DNA of 64,000 nt. Origin: Blasia pusilla (lineage: Eukaryota). The DNA is taken from contig CM114271.1 of NCBI GenBank assembly GCA_050084515.1, positions 27,218,001 through 27,282,000 of the forward strand, given 5' to 3'. Shown here piece after piece: positions 13,224 to 24,623 of this stretch. Within the stretch, counting starts at the first letter, position 1. Every line of letters starts with the position of its first letter. Made by a program: the position numbers and the translations under genes. The notes under the pieces are model-generated. The model saw only the letters and a list, made by a program, of their open reading frames with translations. It was not told the DNA's origin and searched no databases.

Positions 13224-16200
13224 TCAAAGTGGTTTGTTTAAAATACTTCGCACTTCTTTGAGGGATAGAATTGGTTGGTGGATTCCTACTCCTACCTCCG
13301 ACTCTCTTAAAACTACCAGCAACACATAGTACATGTGCTTATAAGGGAAATACCTTTTGCCACTTGTTTCTCTTTGGACAAAGTCATCACATGAACATGT
13401 GGGAAAGCAATAGATGTGCACCACATACACCCTTGTGACACTTGAATTTACAGTGTTGTTCCTAACCCAATACATCCTTCCTATTCCATTGCCACTCAAT
13501 ACATCTTTCCTGGCGATGATCTCCATTTTTGCCTCCCGAGCTACTGCAATTCGCTTTGCTCTCTCCACCGTTGGCCTACACATTATGTTTCTCTTCACCC
13601 CATTTCTAGACTCAAACAGAAATAATGGATTGAGATCATCCACCTTCTCCGGGTACATGTTGACATCAATTTTGGGTTGAATACGAAATGCGAAGGTCTC
13701 TGTAATGGGAACATGCTCCGAACTTCCCCCGTCTACGAGTCTGAAACCGCACTTGTAAGATTGTCCACCGTCTTGAGTGCGCACAGGTACTGCGGCGATG
13801 GGCCAAATCGTGGGGGTATTCCCGGGAGCTCCAATGGCAGCCGGATAAGACTTCTGGAAAGCGCAAGATTCATTTGGGCGGAAGAAGTACTTCAATTGAT
13901 CCCCGGTCCTCGTGAAACGATCAAAGGTTTTGAGTCCCCAAAACCCAGGCAAAGGTCATCCAGTCCTTGAACAGTTCTTATTTAGGAAAGTGCCGCATGC
14001 TCTCCTAATGCCATCGAGATCGCCGCCTCGCAGTGGGTCCACGCCCCTGGGTTGCTCCGAGATATATGCCACCGTTTTAGGTTGCAATCCACCTCCATTA
14101 TCGGAATCCCATATTGTTGAACCACCCCAATGACAGGATGTTGCGAACTTCCAACAACGGAGGGCTTTTGAAATAAAACATTCACTCATTTTGGAGAAGT
14201 AACTCCATCACGGATTTGGGACGGGTCCGGGGTCCCCAAATACCTGGGCGGTGTAATTTCCTCATCCAAATCAATCACCGGATCCGTTCCTCAATGCTGC
14301 CTCTTCACCTGCCTGAAGTCAAGATACTTATCTGGTCTCCACGAGTCTCGCTCGGACTGCTCTACCACCATCTATATGGGACGTCTTGAAACCCGCCCAC
14401 GAATATCCCCACCAATGTGTACGTCTTGCTCGAGTGGAGTTCCAGCTACGCACCCGTTGAAGGCTTCGACATACAAATTTTCATCACCAGATCTCACAGC
14501 CGCCCTGACATAGAGCTTGTAGATCGACCGCCCTTTTCCTTTTGTTATGCCTTTTGTGAGAAAGATATGGGATGTTGCAGACTGTAGCATTGCTCTTGCC
14601 TGGTCTTGTTGGCATGCCTCCACAAGTGAAATTTGTTGGCATGCTTGTGACGACCTTCAAGAGGAATGAACACTTTCTCGCTCCACTTGTGTTAAAGGCG
14701 GAGGGCATTTTCATGAACGTTCAATCCCTGCAACGACGGCAATGTTAGAAGGGAACCAAAATAACCCAGGAGTCAAAGAAATAAGCGACCTGTCGGAACC
14801 AGACGAGTTGCAGGCCCGAGGCATCCCATGAACGACTCTGCGATCCGTCGGGTCTCGACGTATTGTAACCTTAAACCCACCTACTGCAACCCGACGGGTT
14901 GCAAGGCCGAGGCATCCCATGAACGACTCTGTGACCCGTCGGGTCCCGACGGGTTGCACACTCGGGACGACACCAAACATCTGGATGCAACCCGTCGGTT
15001 TCTGTCAGGTTGCACCCTTGGGCAACCCGTCTGTTTCCGTCGGGTTGCACACTTGGGCAACCCATCGCATCCGACAGCTTGCTTGGTTTCTTGGGTTTGA
15101 AATCCATATAATTCCCATGCTACTCATCCTGAGCTACAACTTTACAAACAATTCTCAGCGTGAGCTTGACATTTTGAAGACATAGGCCCTGGATCCCTCG
15201 CCTCCTTGGCCCATGAACTGCCATCTCTGAATGAATGGAAATCTGGAGTTGGCCTTGATTCTGGCGATGGCATCCATTTCGGCCGTCTTTCCATACAGAA
15301 CTCGTATTTGACGCAGAAAATTCCTGAAGCATTCAAGATCAGCGAGAAATGCGAGATTTTCCCAGAGTTGTTTCTCCTCAACCGCCGTGATCTCGCCCTG
15401 TCCAGGGATTCCAAGCAATTGTTCACAAATTTGTGATGCCGTTGTGAGCTTGATCACCCCGGGCTTGGAACCCGGAGAGTTTCTGAAGACCTCGGCTACT
15501 TTCTTCGCCACATCCTCCTTGATGTGTCTTTGAATTGCATCGGTCACAGGATGAGTGTGGGAGCCAACATGAACTGCCAGCCTTGTATACTCTCACGTGG
15601 AGGACACGCTCCAACGCAGAAGGGCGATCCCTGACAATGAGGACATCGATGGCCTCCCGGCGGTATGGTGACACCGACCTCATTTCTGCATTCTTGGGAG
15701 GAAATTGCGACGTATTGACTCGCCCGTTGCGCTCTAGATACGGGCATGCTGGACTTCTACACTCCAAGGCTCCCACGCATTGGCGGCGGGAGACAATCCA
15801 AGGATCATCTGGGATGGAAGCACTGGTCCGTTGAAGCCTGCACCATCGATGACAATCAGACTTTCTGTCCATACCCTTCAGGCATCCTCCATCCTTCTTT
15901 TGAGCAGGAGCAGCAAGTGGAAGCAACTCAAAAATGCAGTTACTATCGTACGTGGGCTCGTCGACAAGAATGTGCTTGAACATTTTCAAGGGCAGAGACG
16001 AAAGCAAACTATTGCCTGATACTCGCAAGAGAACGAGTAGGCGGACGAGAGGACCCGATTGGTGCCCGAAGCGGATCCACCGAGGTTGATAACATCCGGA
16101 ATCTCTTCGGGAAAAACAACATTGTTACGGCGTCAGCGGTTGAGTCGGCCGGATCTGCAGAGCTTGGAGTTGCAAACGAGAGCTCGGAGCACTAAGAAAA

Positions 16201-16518
16201 TCTAGACCGTCTACTTGGGAAACAGACGAATTCAAGGCGGGCCGTAAACTCTGTATTGACCATTTGGTAGAGGTAGGAGATTCCATACTTTACGGTGCGA
16301 GGTCACCTTTGGCTGGACCGTCTCACCTATTATGTCTTGCGTCGTCCACCCTAACATCTTTGGATACAAAGATGGTTCCAATTGAAGAAGAAATCGAAGC
16401 AGATTAGAAAATTTTCATCCACTACTATGAAAGACTCACGAGCTTGGGGTCGAATGATTTCCGATTGAGGAAGGGCCGCCAGATGACTGCCACAAGTGAG
16501 CTTAACATAATTATCCAT
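13224..16518 (-). pseudogene. MULE transposase with C-terminal SWIM zinc finger, copy 3
   Basis: MDNYVKLTCG start and GCM-like Cys/His region. C-terminal YVVHIYCFPTCSCDDF...FPYKHMYYV is a SWIM pattern (intact PCKH in the copy at 25226-25585). The region holding the first two catalytic Asp is missing through a ~0.63 kb deletion at ~15168. Confidence 0.82.
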
Positions 16519-17792
16519 TCCAAGAAGATTCCAACGAGAGGAGACTGAGAATGAGAATGTGAATGAGAATATTTAATTTATAGTGAATAGGAAACAGATA
16601 CTCTGACAGATTTTTACTGACAAGATGAATTCGGTGGGTGACATTGTCTAACACAATGGATCCAATTCTGTAACACATTCAATTCTGTTGCAATATGTTA
16701 CCGGATTTGGGAAGCAGAGGGTTGCGCATCACACTTGGAACCCGTCGGAGTCCTGGTAACTCAAAAAATTACCCGAAGCTAACCGAAGCCTGCAACCCGT
16801 CGGCATCGGACGGGTTGCACGCTTTTGCTAAAGAGTGTCGAAGTGAGCAACCCATCGCTCTCCGACGAGTTGCTCGATACCGATCCTTCTTGCCTGAAGA
16901 TGCCGGAGGCATGCAAACCGTATGTTCCCGACGAGTTCCGCGGGTGCCTCGCCTTTTAGCCCAAAGACGGCGAGGCGTGCAACCCATCGCCCTCCAACGG
17001 GTTGCGCAAGGGGCTCGCCTTGTGGTGCAGCCAGCCAGACTCCGACGACTTGCACCGGAAGCCCTCGTTCCTCACCCTTGATGAGGGAAGCGTGCAACCC
17101 AACGGTCTCCGACGGATTGCCCAAGATACGTCCCCGTTCCCGTCCCAAACACGGCGGAGGCGCGCAACATGTCGGGCTCCGACGGGTTGCGCGGGTACCT
17201 CGCGTTGTTTTCCGAAGATGACGGAGGCGCTCAACCCGTCGGTCTCCGACGGGTTGCTCGCACACGTGGCGACGTACCCATGATGGCGGAGTCGCGCAAC
17301 ATGTCGGTCTCCGACGGGTTGCGCGAGAACCTCGCGTTCTTTTTCAAAAGACGGCGCTCAACCCGGAGTCCGCGGGTTGCTCATGACATGTGGCGAAGGA
17401 CACAGGATGGCGGAGCCGCGCAACCTGTCGGACTCCAACGGGTTGCCATTTTTCACGTCCGGACTTCCGTAACATCCGGCACGTCGCCGTCGAAAGGACG
17501 ACGGGACCCAACGGTCAGCCCAACGGCTAGAAAAGTATAAATAGGGCAAAAATCGCTCATTTCGGTTTCTCATTTCGCGATCTTCATTCCTCACTCCTCA
17601 CCGCCCCGGCAGCAGAAATGATCGATCTGAAGGGCATTTCACACGGCGACACATCGCGAGTCGATAGGAGGGAACGAGAGCGAGACGGTTCGACTGAGCG
17701 ATAGGGGGATGATTCGAGCTCCCATCTCGACATCAGCAAGGCGACTGATCAAGGAATTCGTCGTGGACATAGGTGGAGGCATTTTCGGAAAA

Positions 17793-20700
17793 ATGACGAG
17801 GATAAAAACACAAGCCAACAAGTCCTAATGGACTTGGGAGCTTCACTCCCAAGTCCATTAGGACTCCTGCGTCCGCTTCTCCTGGGCCTCGTTCGGCTAA
17901 TGAAATTAGGCAGCAGGAAATCGAGGAGCGGGAAAGGGAAGCGGAGATGCACAACCAAGTGCTTCTTGCGAGATGTGTTCAAGAGGCGCTAGATAAATAG
18001 AACGCAGAGGCCGAGACGTCGCAGGCCTTGAAGAAAAGGATCGCCGACGAAAAGAGAGAAAAGAGGCGCCTGGACGCGTCGGTGAGGAGGGCGGAATTGG
18101 CTAAAGCGAGGAGGGAAAAAGCAATAGCCATTGACAATAGTCTTGCCCGTCCAACCGCAAGTGTTGAGATGCGGGAAATGTCCCCCACGAAGTCCGGGGA
18201 CACAATGAACATAGTGGAAACTACAGAAGTTGAAATCGATGACGACGAGGTCATGAGGACCGCCAGCGTGGAGATGGTGGACATGGCCGAAGAAGTCGGA
18301 GAGCGGTCATTCTCGACTCCAAGCCCGGCGGAGGACATCGACCTCTATCAGATCGACGAGTTCCCAGTCGATTTGCCAGCCCCCGTCTCACACAAGTTAG
18401 CTGGTCAAGAAACCGACCCCATTTTCGAGCGGGTAAGAGAGGTTCTGGGTTTTTTTAATTATGTGAATTGCAATTCATTTGGATTTCATATGTAGCTTAT
18501 TCCTCTTGTCCCGGTTCTCACAGGTGGTAAAGCAGATGGCACTCATGGAGGCCACAACGCCCCGAGGATTCCACTCTGCCGATTGCGGACAATGGAATAC
18601 GTCCGCGAAATTCAGTCCGACGAGGACATCGCGAAGCTAAAACAATCGGCGGCAAGAGCATCCTACGTCAACAGCTTTCCTCCCTTCTATGTTCAGCCTT
18701 ACGACGAGCATGGAACCCAAGCTCTGGTTACCGAGGAGGACTTGGAAAAGCTCGACACATTCAGGAGGATGCGAGACCAGGACTTCAGAAGGCAAGTTGA
18801 GGGCACGGAATTCAGCTGGATGAGGAATCTGCATTTCTTCATCTGGGATGGGAATCACAGGTTCATGGCGTGGACCAAGTTTGCGGAGGAGCGCCCAACT
18901 CATTGGAGGCACATTTCTGCGTGAAGGCAGTGGTCCTTCACCCATACCCTCATGACATGGCGACGGTGGAGATGGCAATGCATGCCATGAACACGTAAGT
19001 ATCTTTAACACTTTCGCAACTCGTCGGACTCCGACGAGTTGCTTGATTGATGAATGGGTTAGGTTTGTTTTTGCCAAAAGCAACTCGTCGGACTCCGACG
19101 GGTTGCTCGATTGCACGCTTTTTCGGATCTTTTTTTAAGATTGCCACTCGTCGGACTCCGACGACTTGTTTGATTGAACGTAGATTTAACTAGTTTATGG
19201 CCCAAAGCAAACCGTCGGAGTCCGACGGGTTGCTCGACAGGCCGCCTTGTGAGGATGTTTTTTGAAGAATGCAACTCGTCGGACTCCGACGAGTTGTTCG
19301 AGTGACTGCAGGTTTAGAAGGTTTTTTCCCCAAAGCAACCCGTCAGAGTCCGACGGGTTGCTTGCCTCGAAGCTATTTTTCCCCATATCAACCCGTCGGA
19401 GTCCGACGGGTTGATTTCGGCCAAAAACAGTTTCGAGGCAAGCAACCCCTCGGACTTCGACGGGTTGCTTTGGGGAAAAAACCTTCTAAACCTGCAATCA
19501 CTCGAGCAAATTGTCGGAGTCCGACGGGTTGCATTCTTAAAAGAACACCCTCACAAGGCGGCCTATCGAGCAACCCGTCGGACTCCGATGGTTTGCTTAC
19601 CAGGCATTAGCAAATCTGAATGCAATCCGTTGGACTCCGACGAGTTGCATCATTTAGCTCGTTGCTAGAATCCGACCTTGAGCTGTGACGACCCGTCGGA
19701 GTCCGACGGGTTGCAGAAACCCATGTAATTTCCTGACGGGTTGAGTTTGGATGTGCATGATTGTATCGGAGGGGAATGTCACCCACCATTGGATCCAAGA
19801 CTGCGACTGGTGAGGAAGGTTCTTACGACGCACCCGAGAGAGTACAGGGGTTCTTGGCGATGCCTCGTCAATCGATCTTTGGCAAAGGGTGCTCAGATTA
19901 AGAAGAAAACTTGGGCAAACAAGTTTATTTCTCAAGATGCAGCCGTAACCATCCTTTGCTGGTCGAAGATACATGCCGCAAGAAAGCGCTTTGACCGAGT
20001 GGAGCGGAGGGAGAAGGTATCTGCGTCTGAGCGCGCCAAATTCATCCAAGCTGCAGTATCCGCTGCAACGAAATACACGACGAGCAAGATGTAGCGATAC
20101 ATCAGCATTCTCAACCTCGAACTTGGTCCATAGTTCTACAAGGAGCTGAAGGCGATTATCAAGCGCCAGCGGAAGAGGGATGAAGATCCGCATGGTCTGA
20201 TTGGGGAGAAAGTGTCGCTGGATCGCGTGCATGGGTTTGCGTTGTCCGGGATAAGCGAGTTCAGGAGGATACGACTGATGAAAATCAGTCTCGAGGGCTC
20301 AGAGGCCCAGAAGAGGGCGGCACACCATCCTCCGGGTGTGTCTGATCCAGTGATCTCGCATTGGCTACGCGAATGGTCGTTCTGGGACACATTGCGGGTA
20401 ATCGGGAAGTCCGTGCTGGACGGTCTGCAAGCGGAGCTCAGAAGATTGGAGCCCATTCCGCCGGAAGCAAACCTTGAAAGTTCTGGAGATTACGAGGTTT
20501 GGCTCGACGACATCCTGGACAAGCCAACAAAAAACCCAGGATTCAAGACCATGTTCAAGGTTTGCGTCCTACCTCAGGCAGAGCTTGACGAAGAAGTAGA
20601 GGGGATCAAACGGGATCAAGCGAAGAAGAAGCAAGATCTAGAGGAGCAGACGGCCGATAATGTTTGATTAAAAGCTGCCCAACGGATGGTCTTCACGTAC

Positions 20701-22814
20701 CTCGTCAAGTGTAAGAACGCAGGTACGTGGGGAAAATTACCCGTAGCCTTGAAGTTGTGGGCTTCGCCGCCGGATGCAGAGACATTCTCCATGTACGACG
20801 TGGAGATGGGGCAACACATGTCCGATTGGGAAGTGGAGAATTGCCCCATTTGGCTCGACTTCAACGACCCTGAAGACATCGCGGATAAGAACTTACGAGT
20901 GCTTCATGATGCAGTGGCCTCAGGACAAGACGACATCCCCAATTTCATCCAGCCTGAAGACTTCTTTGGAGGAGATGCAGAAGAGCAGGCCCATGAGACA
21001 GCTGAGTTGGCTTCCAAGGTCCGGACAGCCAAAGACAAATCCACAACGAGTCTCAAAGGCAAGGCGAGGGGAGGGAAAAATTCAGAGGCCGAGTCTTCCC
21101 AAAGAGAGGCTGAAGATTCAAGGCCAAAGGCGGAATTGTCCGGACGAGCGGGGAGAGAGGGTCGGACCAGGTCCTCGGCGAAAAAAATGCCACCAGAATC
21201 CGAGGTCATAGAAACCCCGACAAGCCGTCCCCAAGCTAGGGAGAAGCGGAAGCGAGAGGTGCCCGGGTTGTCCCAAGGAGAATACAACCCATCGTCCTTG
21301 GGAAGACACTGACAAACAACGACGCGGACAAGTGTCCTCCTTCAGTTCACTCCTTTACTGGATGAGCTGAAGAGCTTCAGTTCTCAAGCGTCGACACCAG
21401 CCATCAAAAAATTGACAACGCTGGGACGGAAGCTCCAACAAAATGGGCACGCTGCCTAGACGGTGAATGGAGTGGTCGAAGAGGTTGCGGTGGATCTCTT
21501 GATCGCCGATCTGCCCTCGGGGTTGCGACTTTGGGGCGAGAATCCGTCGGACGAGGTACCTGAGTGGAATGTGCCGCTCACTTATGACCAATTGCACTTT
21601 TGTTCTCCTTTGCATACGCCTATCTGAGTGACAGGGGCTGCTTCCTGGTGTTGACTGGAGGGAGCGAGGACAAGCTCTTCAACCTCCAATGCGTCAAGAG
21701 GTCGCTAAAGTGGAGGACGGCCCAATCGTGGATCATAAAAAACGAGTACCCACTCCAATCCGCGACAAATCAGATTCGGGTAAGGCTCAATTCTTGTACA
21801 ATAATTTCAATTATCTTATAATGATGTGTAGAATGAGAGTCAATCTGGGTTTTTTTTTGTCCGTGAGCAACCCGTCGGAAGGCGACGGGTTGCTGGCTTA
21901 GAGCAGCCCATGCTCGGCTGAGAGCAACCCGTCGGTTTCCGACGGGTTGCATCTTTCCCACATACATAGGGAAAACCACGGTGTACCTGCAACCCGTCGG
22001 AACCCGACGGGTTGCAGTTGCTTTTGTGTTTTCCCAGTTGATTTTGGTTTTTGGATGCAACCCGTCTCATAGCAACGGGTTGCTCTTAGGCGAGCATGGG
22101 CTGCTCTAGGCCAACAACCCGTCGCCTTCCGACGGGTTGCATCCAAAAACCAAAATCAACTGGGAAAACCCAAAAGCAACTGCAACCCGTCGGGTTCCGA
22201 CGGGTTGGTCCGGGACAAAACAACCTGTCGGACTCCGACAAGTTGATCCAAAGTCAGTTATTGAAAATGTTCTCAAGGCGACTTCTTTAGTTTCTGACAT
22301 TGTTTCCAACGTGTTGATTTACGGATAGACCACTCCTACGTCTACTGCTTCGTTTGGCCCAAGCACAATTTCCAGGTGTTCAAGATCAAGGATCCTCTGG
22401 ATCCATGCTCAGATGGGTATAGCTTAGATAGTTTGTACAATTCCCCCGGGAATTTACACGCAAGACAAGACCCACTACGGGAGGAAGGAAAAGTCGCCAC
22501 CGATGCAACGCTCATCGAGCTCTGCTCAAGGCCGGGTGACTTGGTGTTCGACTTAGTGGGACTTTCAGGGGCAAGTATCAAAGGCGTCTGGCAAAGTGGC
22601 AGGAACATTCTCTGCCTCGAGGGAAGGCAGGAACTGTTTGACCTTTGCAAGGAGGCAAAGGCGAATCGAAAGGCTCGTTGGGCGTACATCTCTCCACGGC
22701 CGAGAGCTCGGTTCCAGAGCCACCCTTGGTAGTGATTCCATCGTCACTTCCAACAATTCCCAAAATCGGGAGGGCAAGGCCGAAAGTGATTTTGCAAGAG
22801 CTCTCGGACGATGA
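17793..22814 (+). pseudogene. Cargo gene: coiled coil + ParB/Srx-like domain + beta-class N6A/N4C DNA methyltransferase-like domain (4 predicted exons)
   Basis: Predicted exons 17793-18432, 18524-18994, ~19746-21779 and ~22325-22814, with GTAAG donors. Motifs: IPLCRLRTMEYVR, FFIWDGNHRFMAW (DGNHR 18847-18861), VDLLIADLPSG (~21490-21522), AYLSDRGCFLV, LIELCSRPGDLVFDLVGLSGASIKGVWQSGRNILCLE. Scattered stops and frameshifts. Confidence 0.75.
19010..19745. repeat. Dense array of 27-bp palindromes in cargo intron 2
   Basis: More than ten degenerate copies of GCAACCCGTCGGA(C/G)TCCGACGGGTTGC, e.g. 19081-19106, 19390-19413 and 19691-19714. Confidence 0.9.
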
Positions 22815-24623
22815 CGAGTGAGTTCAAAGAACTCAACGACTCCGCTTGACTGCAATGTTTGGAGTAGGGAGTTTTTTGATAATGAGGCAAAAGATTTCAT
22901 AGAATAGATCAAATGTACAGTTCCGAGCTTTTTTCGGATGATATAAAGCAGAAGATTTTTTCGATCGATGGTGGTGCTTGTAAATGTTTTCTGATCATTT
23001 TTTCTTTTCGAATGTGATCATCTATGTACTCCATGGACTTCTACTTTGCAACCCGTCGGATTTCTCTTGCTTGCAACTTTCACTTTATGACCACTGCAAC
23101 CCGTCAAATTTCTCCTCCTTGCAACTTTTCGCTTTTTGACCACTGCACACTTTTTACCACCTCCAAGCAACCTATCTGATTCCGACAGGTTGCCTGATCG
23201 GACCCTTTCCCTGTTGGTCCAACTTAAGAGGCAGTCTGGCGGGCTTCTTCCCTTGGCACCTTCCCCTCAACTCGTAAAGGCAGGCGTAGGCTTCTTTTCT
23301 TCTCTCAGACGTGTTGGATTCCTTCTACCTGTGCGATTGCCATCATGGTATTACCGGGGACGGAGCAGATATTGATACTGGATAGGTGTCACATTGCAGA
23401 GCGTACAAGGTATACTGCCGAGGAAGGCGGTGGGACTCGAGACAGGTTACATGGGACCGTTATGGTGTACCTAGGGGGGGGGGCCAAGGCTCTCGAATTC
23501 GCCAACATTTTCGGTCCCCGTCTACAATCGGCCAGAGGAGCCACTTGAATCCCAAGACATTCCTTTCGTACTGTCACCGAGGAGAGTTAGGAGTAAATTT
23601 GTAGATGACGAGGCTGAAGAAATCATAGACTAGGTGAAATGTACATTTCCGAGGTTCCTTCGGAGGTAATAAAGGACGAGATTTTTTCAACCCATAATGG
23701 TGTTTGTAAAAGTTTGCTGGAATATGTTTTTGGACTTGTGGATTGTGTTCTTTTAGGTACTCATAATTACAATTGTGCAACCCGTATGATTCCGACTTTT
23801 TGCTTTTTGCCCACTACAACTTTTTAACCATTTTCAGGCAACCTGTCGGATTCCGACAGGTTGACTGCTTGAGTGATTCAACTCTATCCCGGTGAGACCA
23901 ACTTCTGGCGCATTGTGGCGGGCTTCTTGACTTTTGGCTCGTTCTCCTTCATTCGTCCAACCAGTTGTAGGCTTCTTTTCTTGTCTAAGATGTGCAGGAT
24001 TCCTACTACCTGTCGGATTGCCATTTCGGATTCCCAACCCGTTAGATTGTCGTGGGTGCAGGGTGGAAGAAAATCACTTCTAAAAATCTTTCCTTTCTCA
24101 TGGTGAGCTTTCTTACGGGTTGGGAGGGGTGCAGCTTCTCGGTTTCTCAGCCTCAGGATCTGATTTGTTCACATTTCAGAAAGTTGGTCTTGAGCAGACA
24201 CCATTCATAACCGACAGAAAGTTGGTAATGGGGAAATTTAGGGGAGGCCATGATGCAGGCAACAATCCCTGCAAAAATAGAGGTACCCACCCGGGTGGTC
24301 CTCCAACAAAAATACTAAGGGCACTACTTTTTGTTGACCGAGACAGGGAATGTTAAGAAACTTAGGCTCACATGGAGAGTGATGGAAAAATGTTTAGGGT
24401 GGTCTTATGATGTCTCCTTTTTTCTCGCCCCCAGGAAAGAGGAGGTTTTTTTAGGGCCAAATGTGACCACTAAATACTCTCTTCTAAAGATTTCCTGAAT
24501 TTTAAAGCAAACAAAAATTTCAAAAATGTCAAAATTTTTTGAAGAGAGGAGGCGGATTTGGCCTTTTTTTTTTTTAAGAGAGACTCTCCTCTCTTACTCT
24601 CTCCTGTCAGAATACCAGCCCCC

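Larger units (their letters stand above)
12837..24623. mobile_element. Most complete MULE-like copy (copy 3, 11.8 kb)
   Basis: End A GAGGTGCGGTAAGAGGAGAGG at 12837 and end B ...CAGAATACCAGCCCCC at 24623. Contains the SWIM-transposase on minus and the full cargo gene on plus. No matching TSD. Confidence 0.88.
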
